Shown here piece after piece: positions 11,624-26,985 of a stretch of 64,000 nucleotides of DNA. Under the pieces are notes generated by a model. It saw only the letters and a program-made list of their open reading frames with translations, had not been told where the DNA came from and made no database searches. Source of the stretch: Calcarisporiella thermophila CBS 279.70 (Eukaryota; Fungi; Calcarisporiellomycota); contig NW_027192200.1 of the NCBI RefSeq assembly GCF_041956535.1, forward strand, positions 632,024 to 696,023, given 5' to 3'. The translations under genes were made by a program, and so were the position numbers. How positions within the stretch are numbered: position 1 is the stretch's first letter; each line of letters starts with the position of its first letter.

Positions 11624-12147
11624 CTGCAGGCCAATGGGGGGAGGGAGAGGAGGAGCGGCAAAGGTTTAACGCTAAAGGCCTTGAATGAAGGGGGAACCGA
11701 GCTGATCTGAGCCAGGCCTGGCGAGAGAGCTTACACATGGAAAATATTGATATTATCAAATATTTTCCATGTGCGATTGGTTGATAATCATAACATTTCA
11801 GGGCTGTATTTGCCCATTTATTAAAATATATAGAAATATGAAATTACGGATTGGTACGTATTGGGTTTATCTCAGTAACTAACTATCAATGAAATTTAAG
11901 GTTACTTGTAATATTGTTGGTAATGTCTTCAACTTGCCCAGGTGTGAAATTTAAGGGTATATTATAATATAAACTGTGGCCAATCAAAAATTTCTTTTAG
12001 TTGATTGATTCATATCAGGAGTCTTATCTCTTTGCTCCTATTAGTCTCAAGAAAATTTCAGAACAATTTTCCATTCTTTTAAATCCATAGCTAGTTCCTT
12101 CAAGGGTTTTTTATTTTAAAATCTAGATTCTACCAGCAATAATTTTA

Positions 12148-12666
12148 ATGGCCACCGCTGATACGAAAAAACCGCTTGTTCAAAAACCACTTGCTCCACG
12201 TGGTGCACATTTTGAATCACATTGGAATGATCCACCGCACGTTATATTCCAGAAGAATGCTTCCATTAATAACAAAGAGATACAAGAAGACGGAAACTTT
12301 GTGCTTGAGATTCTGAAATCCTCGCTTAATTCACTTAGAGAGAACAAGATACAGACACGGATACTAGATGATACAGAGAAGCGCTTATCACTCTTGTTTA
12401 CATCAATTGAAAAGGGGGAATTGAAACCAGAATTGACGACATCTCTGTCTGAATTTTCAAAAGGTCACTAATTTTTCTCTACCACAAATTTATTTGTATT
12501 AACAAGTTTTTTGTACTTTGCAGCCATCAAATCTGGAGACTATACCAAAGCAAACGATGTTGTAACACAACTTATGGTGGGCCCTGATTTTGCTACTGAC
12601 GGTCGATGGATATTAGGATTGAGGCGATTGCTAGACCTCTGTAAAGAGAAACGCATTGAAGGATGA
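12148..12666 (+). CDS. Stand-alone SRA1(SRAP)/Sec31 C-terminal-domain protein, 2 exons
   Basis: HWNDPP motif, then DDTEKRLSLLF...L...LSEFSK|AIKSGDYTKANDVVTQLM...RWILGLRRLL; intron about 12464-12523; TGA 12664-12666. Confidence 0.78.
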
Positions 12667-13580
12667 AAATAGACTTTTTTTCGTTTAAATATTACATGTA
12701 CAATCCTTTAACATTTCTTACTCGCGATGGGAATCTCAAGTAGACAAGCTTTAACCAATTTCTAATTTCAATGTTAGCCAAGAATATTCTACTACTCTTA
12801 ATAGATACATAACAAAATTTCTACCTTAGTATCCGTTTCTTCTATAGCCAAATATGCGTTGAATACAATTGCAAGAGACAAAAATATTTTAAGCACATAT
12901 AATATATACAGGCAGTATTTACTGATTGGAGACATATCTATCAAAAGCATGAACACTAAAATGTGTACTGGTAAATTTATCCTAGTTATCTCTAATTAAA
13001 TAGCCAAATGGTATATTGGGATTAATGTTAATCTAAGACAAGCTCTCTTTCTAGAATAATGTAATAATTAAATCTTAATGAAATATCAAGAAGCCTAATA
13101 TGATCTTGTATGTTACAATATGCCATTTGCAAACAAATGCCTAGTGAACTTTTGAGTTTTGAACCATTGATTGAAAAGGCGAGATCTCAAGCAATCATGT
13201 TTCTGCTGTAGGTGGAAACTCGAAATAGCCTCGAGCGAATATAAATATACAGTAATGGAACATACATACTCTTGTTTACTCTAAAGTGTCAGATTTACTC
13301 TATTGAATCCAACATAAAAATCTGGTTCTTCCTAAACAACATGGCCATTTGTGTTTTACATAAGATAACTTTAGTACAAGTTAGGACCTAGTATATTCTC
13401 ATACAAGATTTTTACAAATTAGTAAAAATGTATCTCTATTAACGTTGTTCGATATCGTACACGCTCACTTTTTCTTTCCTGGATTTCAGAGTAAAATCGA
13501 GAATTTATTCTCAGCTGAATGAAATCGTTACGTCTCTAAATTCGAAAAAAGAGACACGATTCATCGATAATTCGAGTACA

Positions 13581-16276
<2,696 letters not shown>

Positions 16277-16370
16277 AAAAATTTTTTTTTGAAAACACTT
16301 GAATCAGTGCTTTAAATATTATCTTTATATAATACAAGATTTGGAAATCTCTATCCAATATTATATGCAT

Positions 16371-18904
16371 TCACCAATGATCCAAACTTGTATAAGTTGC
16401 TCGAATCCCACTTTGCTTTTCTTTTCTCCAGCGCTCAAACCAAGCACGCATAGTCGCATGGTTGCTTACGTTCACAGTGGGAACAATACGATGAGCATCG
16501 ATGGCAGCAATAAAAGCAGCAAGCTCTCGGAAACTTGAATGCTCAGAATAGGGAACTGATACGATACCAATCTGATATCCGCTTGGGCTCCGAGAAAGAT
16601 TGGAAATTTTTAAAGAATAGATATTCGTTATATTGTCGAAGGGGGTTGAGGATGTAGTTAAAGGGGTATTGGAAAAAGACGCCAGAGGAGAAGGTCGGGT
16701 CAATATACTACTAAGACTACCGGATTCCTCTTGGATCGAAGGAATTGGCTGATTCGATGGAGGTCGGAAGGCCCAGCCAGTCGGACGAACTCCTATTACA
16801 GACGTAAACCGCGGTTTGAGAGATTCTATAGGACATATGTAAGTATCGCTGTTTTATTAAGCATAGCCGTTGATGAGAGCAATGATCACCTATATATTCA
16901 GTCAAATTCTTTATAGCACAAATTAGTAAACTAATTGTAGTTTGTGAAGCAGTACAAAATTTAGCAATAAATACAAGCTTAATCACTTACCTCCATACGA
17001 ATAGCTTCAAGTTTCATTACATGAACACATGCTTCGCGTGGGTCTTGCGTTAGCATTGAGTTAAGTTCCGGATTGTCCAAGCATTCAAGTATATGACGTT
17101 TCGAGGTTGTTACATATATTTTGCTATTGAGGGCTTTAGCGACACCGAGAAACATTTTCTCCTTTCCGATGAGATAAGTGCCAACTACTATTAGTAATTT
17201 GCACCTACTTGAGTCGAATTCAGTATTCTGATGCTCTTTTTCTATCTTCCCTTTCTTAATCCAGGATGTAAGAGCATTGTTTTCCGGTTCACCTCCAATC
17301 TTATTACTATTAATCGTGGAATGCACTAATTCGATCACGGCACGCACAATCACCTCTTGAGCTGGAAATATATAGCGCGGGTTTAAATAGGTAGTATCCA
17401 AGAATAGAGTGTCCAAAGGAGGATTGAGAGGCTGAACCAGGGAAGGATGAAGTATCTGTCGTGGACATGCGCGGAAATCGCCAGTATGAAGATGTCGTGC
17501 AACTCGATTATCCTTGGTTTCGTAAGAAAAAAGTATCATGCAAGAACCAGGACAATGGTTTGCATCGATTAAGACCACATTTACATCTTCGATCTTGCAC
17601 ACTTGATCTAGAGGAAGAGGATGAATAAAACTAGGATTAACACCTATCTTGTATATCAACAAGTTCCTGTAGGAAAATATATCGATGATATATGATATTA
17701 TTAATGGCTGATTTCCAAAAAAAAATTTCTTTAATACCTAGTGACATATGAGCAATAGATGGGGCCATGCTTCCACCCCTTCGACAATCCTCCATAGTGA
17801 TCTGAGTGGAAATGGCTGTGTATGTAATATTATTTTTATGGAAATATAAATTACAGGCGACAAAAAGAGGAGAGCTGTAAACGATGCTTACCTCAGAAAG
17901 TAGCCGGTTACCCCAGGGATTTTACCATAGGAGAAAGCATCAACCACGAAACTGGTACCTGAAATTGACGTACGATATTGTTAGGCTAGCACTAAAACAT
18001 ATAGTTATCTTCAGCATTTACCTGGAACTCTTTTATAGAACGGGCACTCTCTTTTTTTGCCTTTACTACTATAAGCCGAACTCATCACAGGCTGTTCCAT
18101 ACTTTCGATAGAGTTTCGAAATAACGTACTCCAGAAGCCAACCGTGGTCTTTTTTAGCTGCTTTTCTTCGCCTGTCTGAATATCCAAACAGCGATTAACA
18201 TGGATATCAATCTGCTTCTCCTCCATCCCTTGTAGAGAAGAGTTGCATACTGGACAAATACAAATGGCTTCATCGTTCAATACAGCTGATTTTCTGATAT
18301 TTATATCGGGTTCCCGCAGTTTGTTATCTAAAATAGTCTTATTGACGATTTTTTTTGTAGATTCAGGGTCGGATCTGGCGTCGATGTTCAGTTCACCAGT
18401 GTTCGATTCTGATCCGCTTTCCAGGTTGTCTAGATCAAGTAATAAATTTGCCATCATATCTGAATCATCATCGTTATTTCCCGAATCTCCTTGATCTTGC
18501 TGGGTTGAATGCGATGTTGAGGGAAAAGGTGAAAGTGTAACGACATTGTGATTAACAGTTGATCGTAGACAAGTGGAATTTTTCTCTGTGAATGAGAGCG
18601 TTTCATTATAAGTCATTTGACATTGTGATAAAGTAGGAAGCGGGAGAAAGGGGCTGTTTTGGGTTGAAGATAGAGTGCTATCTCTCTCAGCTCTACTTGC
18701 GTTAGAAAAAAAAGAGAGAATGGTGGGCTGCAGACAGTTTTGTGAATCATTAGATCTTCTGGAGGGCTTTTTAACTCTGCCCCGTATATTAGTTGAAGAA
18801 ATCTTGCGTTTGCTGACGACGGAAGAATTTTTTGCAGACGAAGACGCGCTTTGTGATTGACTCTGTTTATGAAGGTTGAAATCGTCTTCTGGGAGCTCAG
18901 GCAT
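16371..18904 (-). CDS. PSO2: DNA interstrand cross-link repair nuclease PSO2/SNM1A (MBL/beta-CASP) with UBZ zinc finger
   Basis: CPVC...HVNRCL zinc finger; [17 protein letters not shown]...[13 protein letters not shown]; DANHCPGS; HTGDFR; LFLDTTY; GTYLIGKE; RPTGW; [12 protein letters not shown]; IVPTVN. Confidence 0.93.
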
Positions 18905-19509
18905 TTCATTTGCGCATAATAGATAAAATATAAAAGACTTGCATGTATTGATTATCTGTCACAATATCTTATTCCTACTTAGGAAACCACGATATAGCAA
19001 AGCCTTGAAATTAGTATTTTGAATCGTATTATATAACATTGTCCTAACACATACTATTGCATTTTTATCCAATGAATAACACTTGAATATAGTAATGGAA
19101 TAATGATAAAGAGAGTAGTTAAATATTATCTGCACTCTTTCCCAGCTCAAGTGCAATATTGACATGGAATTTGCCACCGCTTGCAAATGAAGCTTAATAA
19201 TTATTCTATAAGTCTTATCTTTTATTTGGAGATTAAAATTCTACCATACTGACAATGAGAATGAACAAGAAAATTAGGATCTAAGTTTATCAGATGAAAG
19301 TCAATGTTTATTATTTAATTCATCGTCTTGTCAGTTGTCGATTATTTCTCAGATCATTTGTTTGAAAAATAGAAAATATATTTAGGGATTTTGTTAAGGT
19401 CATAACTGTAAAAATATTAAAGGCTAGATTAAATTGCTAAAATAAAACCACAGTTTACATAAATGATAGGAATAACAGGATAATACAAGGTATGAATCAA
19501 TAGTAGGGA

Positions 19510-19995
19510 CTATACTCTCAGACTCTTCCGCCATAACCAATGCCAATTCCTTTGAGGTGTATTTGGAGTAGATATAGTTTGCGGGTCCGTGGTTTCAGTG
19601 TCATGGTCTCTTGGCTTATTTGCAACCGTCGAAAGTTCCGCCCAACCATCAAGCGAAAGCTGACTTTCACCTGAATATTTGTCGCTAGCATATTTTTCAT
19701 CTTCAGTCTCTTCCTGCTTTAGCTGATTGCGCTCTTCTTCCTTTTCTTTCAATATATCTTGTTGAGGAGAGAAAATAGTCTCATCAAGTGTTTCCTGCTC
19801 TTTCCACTTCTCTTCTTCTTCACTGCTATCTTTTGAAGCAATCAAACTAGATGATGCTGAGGGTCCCTCCGATGCGCTAGCAAACTCTTCTTCGTCCATC
19901 GTCTCCTCTGCCTCTTCATCGTCGGTTCCAAAGGATGCGATTGCTTCAAACAAGTTATAGGCTATTTTCTTGGCAGTTTCAAAATCAAGATTCAT
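19510..19995 (-). CDS. Hypothetical acidic (Glu-rich) protein, about 161 aa
   Basis: Intronless open frame from ATG 19995 (MNLDFETAKK...) with coding-like composition; no recognisable domain. Confidence 0.55.
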   Translation of the reverse strand: MNLDFETAKKIAYNLFEAIASFGTDDEEAEETMDEEEFASASEGPSASSSLIASKDSSEEEEKWKEQETLDETIFSPQQDILKEKEEERNQLKQEETEDEKYASDKYSGESQLSLDGWAELSTVANKPRDHDTETTDPQTISTPNTPQRNWHWLWRKSLRV

Positions 19996-21626
19996 TGTGT
20001 GTAGAAATGTGTTATATTGGAGATTGAAAAAAGTGGGATAAAGAAAGGGAACAATCTTTTTCTTTTTTATATGTGTAATTGTTTTTCGCGATTCAATGAC
20101 TGTCAGCATTTTATTTGACAGTCACAAGATCCATGCCCAATCGGCATAAGGTATAAGAAATCTGAAATTTATGTTTCCTTATCTAATTAAATTTTGTCCA
20201 CGATCTCATATTGAGACCAATTCAACTAGAAAGCATTTTTCGTCCGCATTTAATTTAGTAGCTATTTATCCCTTGTACAGTAGTTATTCTTGGATAAATT
20301 TACTATTACCCTACATTACCCACAATATGATATTTCTTACAATTACACCTATATATTCATTATAGCATAGGTTGAAAAATAATAAAGAACCACTAGTCCC
20401 ATTTTTTAAATATCCTACATTCACTCCCCTGTTCAATATCACCTTATCAAAAGACGATAGCATTTCCTTTTGACCAATTATTGCAAATGCTTCTTAATAC
20501 TCGGAATCATTTGTCAAATTCCGAGCAGCTGACTAGTGTCATGTTCTCGCTAATAGGCTGCAGGTTCCTCCAACTCTATTTACTTATCACTCTGATTGAT
20601 ATCTCCATGGAGGATTCGTAGGATTTTCCAACAATTGTGCCTGAAAGCAGCATCAAATAATGATTTCTTATATGGAAATTCTCAGCTGGAAAATGAGATT
20701 GATATCCACCTTTCCCACACGTAATGATTAATTTCAATATATTTGATTAGAACTTCCGGATGGCTAAACTCACTATTGAAATAGCATACTAAAAGTATAT
20801 ATCATAGTTCAGTTGATGTGTATTTAATTTTTGCATTAGCTATATTCTTTGTCCAAATGCTTCTTTTTTGCAAAGGTTTGTTCAAACACATGTCTTGCAT
20901 AAAAATTGGAATATGTAGAAGATGAAAGCAGAATAGTAAGGCAAGTTAGGAGGTATCCGTCTCAATTTACTTCATTAGGATTGTAAAAGGGAAAAGATGT
21001 GCGGATCGTCTAAATCCCACAATTCAGACGGGAATTGAGAATCTGGTAGGGCGGCCGTAAGTATTGACCGGGCTCAATTCCAGTCGCCCAAAGGATTTAT
21101 TCCAATTTAAAATGGCGGGCGGAGTGTTGGATAGCCAAGTCACAAGGGAAATGATATGATCAGTGCAATAATCAAAATGAGTTTCTTTAACTGTGTGCAA
21201 CATCAAAAGAAGGACAATACCCACGCAGGCCAATTTTATTTGAAACAGAGTTCCCCCTTATTATTGCATGCTATTGATATCTCATATAACCCCCCATTCC
21301 TCTCCTTTTCTCTCTCTTCTTTTTCTCATATATATTTACATATGTCCCATATGCATTTCTAGCCGTTTCATTTACTTTTTACTCTCCAGTCTGTCATCTG
21401 CTCATTCTCCCTCATTCCTTGACAATTCTCTTAGCAAATCCATTTGCACAACATAATCAGTTTTCTTTCATAATAATCGGCAACTGTTAAAAGGTTCCCT
21501 CATATTAGCTCAGCTCCTCATTGCTTGTTTATTTCTTCAATTTTTCCCTTCTTTTTTACTGCTTTACTTTCATTCATTCATTTTTCAGGCTTTCTCTTCG
21601 CAACCCTAAGATATAATCAAGTAATC

Positions 21627-23749
21627 ATGCGAATCATAAGGCTACAGCTGGGAACATATGCAGACCCAACCGGCACCAAACACGTCTTTTGTCTTTATCT
21701 CTTGCCAACATCTATAACACATTCCTCTACCAACTCCCTCTTCGCCTCTCCCGCATGCTATCGCTTACGTGATGTAGATGTCCTATTTTTCGAGGCAGCC
21801 CCTGGAAAAACGCTTCAATCAGAGAAAATACCGCGCGTGTACGTTGACCAACCAGGGCATTTATTCGTAGATCGTTGTGGTGAGCGCTATCTCTCCGCTT
21901 ATGCTCTTGCGGAAACCGCCGTTAAAATGGGCAACTATCTGCTTGCTGAATTTTGCCAGTTTTCCCGAGCCGACTTCTACTCAGGTACAGCAGACCGCTT
22001 GCTCCAGACAATTCAAGGTCTATCGCGGCTACCCCTTATTGAGACTGAAGAGGAATTTAGCCCCGTCATCCCCCCAGAACACACTCCACTGCCCACACCG
22101 CCCTTCTCAGCGACTAACACCTCTGCAAATAAGATTCCTCGAAGAAATTCTAAAGATTGCTCAGATGAAGCTCGAAGTTTTGCTGAAAGTTCTATTCGTC
22201 GAATGGCAATTGAAGATATGCTTGATACCAATAATTCTTGTGTTTCCGCTCTTCATTCGCCTTCTGCACAGCATAACGGATGCTCAGTTGAAAAAGCTGA
22301 AGAGTAAGTATCACGTTAATTACGATTGATTATTTTCAACTATTTCTAATATATGTGTTATTTTCTTTCAGGCAAGTGACCGTTAAACAAGAGCCACTTC
22401 CAGATAAGCAATCCCCAGACAATCAAAACCCGAAAGATCCATCTGTCTCCCATTCCCTTAATCTTGGCTTGTTGCTGGACAACAACAATAAAGAAGAAGA
22501 AGGGAACCAACTCTTAAAACGACGCAAAATATCCCCACTCTCTATTGTTGCAAGTACCTCACCTGAACGGATGAAGCAGCTACAAAACACCCTCCGTCTT
22601 AAACAGCAACAGAAAGCCATTATCGAATCACGCCAACTCTTCCAACAAAGTAAAGAACAGCCATCACCCCTTAGCGCCGTTAATTTCCGACGTGCATCCG
22701 ATTTAAGTGGTTTTAATGTTGAAGATGTTGGGGGCGATGGATCTAATGGACTCTTGTCTAAGAGGGCTCGCATCGCTACGAAAAGTCATAAGAACCTTAG
22801 AAATCTCACTATTTTTGCTCCGTCATATTCTGAGTCGCATGTTGGATTGCGATCTGCACCTCCACTTCGCATGGGACAGCAAGGAACTGGGACTCCTCGT
22901 TCCGTTAGTTCTAGAAAAGGTTCAATAATGGGTAGAGGACCTACGTCTGCTATACGTGCCTCAAATCCTTCTGGTTCACGTGCTCAACCATCACAACCAC
23001 TTCAACAGCCACATCAATTATGGCGTGCTCCACACACGTCTGCAGCTTTCTCATTTTCTATTCAGGATCCTCGCACTGCTATTCCATGCATTTCAGAAGT
23101 CGATGGACAAACATTTGCGCCTTACCTTGATTGCGCTTTATCCTCTGAGAAAGCTTCGCCTCCATCAGGAGACCATGACATTCATAATTCCGCAATATAC
23201 AACCGACGTCCACACACTAGTGGAATTGCGCCTACCTCCCAATGTAAGGATTTGTCACCTCAAATGCCTTACGGAACAGGCCGTGAAAAACAGAAGAAAG
23301 GATTTCTCTCTCACTTCGAAGCCCTCTACGATAATATTGAATCCACACGCGCTCTTAAATCAACCTTAGAGGATCAAATTCGCCACTCAGCGACACTATT
23401 GCAAACTTTACAACAGTCTAGTGGCATGGTGGAAAGTTTGGTTCGTAGCAAATTAAAAGAACTCTTGGCACAAGAGTTTGGTGGAGAAGGTCTGAAGCCA
23501 ATAGTTCAAGGCGAGTCTAAACTACAGGAGCAAATGATGAGCCTGGCCACGCGATTGTCCACGTTAGAGAACAAATTTGCGAATATATCTACTACACAAC
23601 TACCCCCCTCTCCGTCCGAACCTTCTGGGGAACATACCCTAGGTTTAGAGGCGCAAAAAAATCGCGATTCCTTTGAGACTTTTGCCACGAAACTAGAAAG
23701 CCTGTATGATCGACTGGGCGTATTAGAGAAGAGGCTTGAGCAGAATTAA
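21627..23749 (+). CDS. Hypothetical protein with globular N-terminus, low-complexity middle and C-terminal coiled coil; one intron about 22304-22371
   Basis: Two long ORFs joined by a GTAAGT...TTCAG intron; motifs NLTIFAPSY and FLSHFEALYDNIESTRALKSTLEDQIRHSATLLQTL. Confidence 0.75.
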
Positions 23750-24057
23750 AACGTTTTAATTATTTTAATTTATAAACTCCTAATTCATAAAGACTCCACA
23801 CTTATCACTTAATCTTTCTTGTTTGACACACATAATATTTAACCATATTTATAATTTCAAACTCGTATTTTGTTTTCTTCTATTTGGTGTGTTGTAATTC
23901 GTAGGGTGATGATGTGTTGTATATATAAAAGAGAGAATAGTTGTGCAGTGCAGCCGTTCACACTCTTTGGAAGATATTGAAATTTCAGATTTAATAAAGG
24001 AATACAGCTGATGTAATAAAGCTGACAATGAAAGTTAACGATGGCCAAATTCTGAGA

Positions 24058-25177
24058 TTATATCAAGCGCAAAGTCTGGCGACCCTCCCAACTTTCTCCT
24101 TCTCGCAATTTGTGATAGGCAGCAACATTGCCGACCTCAACACATATCATATGCTTATATTCTTCGTCGCCAAAGTCCGCCATTTGCTTTGATTTATCCA
24201 CCCACGGATTCCATACCACTAAATACATTAGAGTTATGAATGTAGTCAACTGAGTTAGATCGGTGAGTATATATTTACCAACATCCTTAAAATTATTCTT
24301 TTCTATCCTCATCAAATGATCACCACAATCTATTTCAATAGTGTTATTGTCAACTTTTTCATATACTCGATCGACTTCTTCGGCAATTGTGATTGAATCG
24401 CTTTTCTCTATACCCCGTTGAGCGTGTACTTTGTCGAAGAATGAGAAGTTTTTAAGGCCTCTAACTTTAACTTTAGATATATCCTATAAGAATAGAATGG
24501 ATATGCTAGAGTCAAAGATGCAAATACATTGACAAAAAATATAAATACAAACCGAAACTTCAAAATACGTATGAAGAAGCGTATTGAACTCAAAAGTGTC
24601 ACTTCCCTCATTCTTAACGTTCAGGCGCTGTGAGAAACTTCCATCAGAGGAGAGAGTAACAGTATAATGCAACCGAAATGAGTTGGGCCATAGATTACGA
24701 TGCTTAGCTATTTGCGTGTCTTTCAAACCAAAACGAACTGAAATCTCTTTTTCGTTGTCTGTGAGAATGCCAAGGTACTCCCACGTTGAGATTCGGGCAA
24801 TCCCTTTTGGATGGAGTTAGAATTGTATATTTTTTTTTCGTAACATTATATAATACCATGTTGTGGGAGGGCAGCCATTGGACTAGGTGCCTGAGCAACG
24901 CCAAATTGTGGGAAAACTATCGGTATACCTCCACGAATTGCCTTTGAGCCATCCAATATAGCATTTTTGCTAATAAGTTTATTAAATAAAATGTTTTTTT
25001 TTTGAAATCTTTATTCCACTGTACTGTAGAAGATTACCTGACCATTAAAAGTTCTCTCCCATCTATTTTCCAGCTCGTAACTGTGGCACCATATAAACTC
25101 ACTTCAGCTGATGCACGAGCTGAAGGGAGTTCTAGAATGATTTTTGGAGAAGATCCCTCGATGTTACGAGCAGGCAT
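24058..25177 (-). CDS. Glucose-6-phosphate 1-epimerase (aldose 1-epimerase superfamily), 5 exons
   Basis: LYGATVTSWK, AILDGSKAIRGGIPIVFPQFG, LPQHGIARISTW, LLHTYF, EVDRVY, VVWNPW...MADFGDEEYKHMICVE. Confidence 0.93.
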
Positions 25178-25598
25178 AGTGTTTTTAAAGATCGATTTGG
25201 AAGATTTGTATTAATCGAAGAAAGGTGATGGAGAGCTAGATAACAATTGATTAAAAATACAAAAATTGGCACGTAAAAATGATTAAATCGAGTTCGGCCA
25301 CATAGGATCCCTTCGATAGCATACAGTCACATCTTATGAAGGGTTTCCAAAATGGAAAACTGAATTTTTACCGATAAAATCGAAATTATTGAGATTCTAA
25401 CACCACTTTATTGTTTCTTTAAAAGAATTCGAAAGGAAAAAAGGAATTTTTAAGTCTGAGTTTTCTTATAATTTTTTGCTGGTCGTTTAAAAGCAAGATC
25501 TAGAAAAACATATTTGCGCCACGTTAAACCCCACATAGGTTCTTTAGATTTTTAGAGTGGAAAATCACACGTTTTCTCCATACACTCTATCCTTTTTA

Positions 25599-26778
25599 AT
25601 GGAGCCGAAGAAAAACACGTCAAAACGGTTTAGTCTACTACGCCTTGGAAATCATAAGGATGAAGAAACGCGCCGTCGTAGTTGGTCGCCGTCCTTAAAC
25701 TCACCTACCAAACCTCTACCATTTGGTGCCAAATCAGACTCATCTGAGGCTGAATCATCTCCAATCCGCGAACAACATGCAACTAGTATGCTTGTTTTCA
25801 ATGCAACTCATCTAGCTCGTACGCTTACTTCTTCTTCTGGTGGTCGAAGATCTGAAGACAATTCAGATCAAAATCTCCAAGAACCCCAAATTCACTCACA
25901 GTCTCAACCTCAGCCTCAGTCTCAGTCTCAGAACAATCAAACTAATCCGACGGTTGATACCAATAAACGCAATTCTAATTCGGATCAAACTGAGCTGTCA
26001 CCAGATGCTGATGCTGATGCTGATGAACTTGTTCAACTTGCAATTCAATACCACGAGAAAAACGAACTTGAGAAAGCGACATACTACTTTAAACTCGCTG
26101 CAGAAAAAGGTAGTCCCATGGGCATATTCCTTTACGGAATTTCGCTTCGACATGGCTGGGTATGTATTAAGCTAGTTTGAATATTTTCACTAGTATTAAG
26201 TATATCTTGATTTTATTCGACAGGGTTGTAAGCAAAATTCAGTACTTGCTGTTCACTATCTTCAAAAAGCAGCGGAACTAGCAATTGAAGAGATGCACAC
26301 TTTATTTCAATCTAACCCTTCCATAGCTCGTCATGAGCTTATTATGGCCATCTATGAACTCGGAGTCAGCTTTCGACAAGGATGGGGAGTGCCAAAAAAA
26401 AAGAGTACTGCAGTCTATTACTTTGAGATTGCTGCGAATATGGTAAATTAACTTAGTTATACGATCGCGGTTGCAACTAATTGCTCTTATTTTGTTTAGG
26501 GAGATCCTGATGCGCAAAATGATTTAGCACACTGCTATGAACATGGCGATGGTATTGCTAAAGACAGATTTAAAGCAGCACTATACTACAGGCTCGCTGA
26601 AAAACAGGGTCGTGGTCTGGTAGGGAATTCTTGGATATGGAAGCCAAAGTAAGTTCAAGACTATTTTGGTTGTCAATAGACATATCTTTAAAGATATATG
26701 TGCGGGTTTAGATACGATGTAGTAGAAACAGAAATGCAAAAAATTCAACGCAATTACACTATGCGGCGCTCTACCTAA
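25599..26778 (+). CDS. Sel1-like repeat protein (Dsf2/Nif1-like), 4 exons
   Basis: AIQYHEKNELEKA...LYGISLRHGWGC...LQKAA...AIYELGVSFRQGWGV...GDPDAQNDLAHCY..GDG...AALYYRLAEKQG...GNSWIWKPKY. Confidence 0.85.
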
Positions 26779-26985
26779 CTTTTTATTATTGATCACCATA
26801 TATTTATTATAGTATTTGTTCTGTTCGCATTACCTTTCTATATTCATAATCCTTCACCTTCTTGTGACTCCTCTTGGCATTAGCAGTTAAAAATAATTTG
26901 TACAGAAAATTCTATCTAATGATTCGGAGCATAAAACCACTTGAACATTCTTGTAGTCGGCACTAGTCGAGAATTATTATAAATT

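Noticed and set aside
25895-26030. Short tandem repeats (CAGTCT/CAGCCT; GCTGAT) in the Sel1 gene
   Set aside because: Ordinary coding low-complexity sequence (QS/QP and AD repeats).
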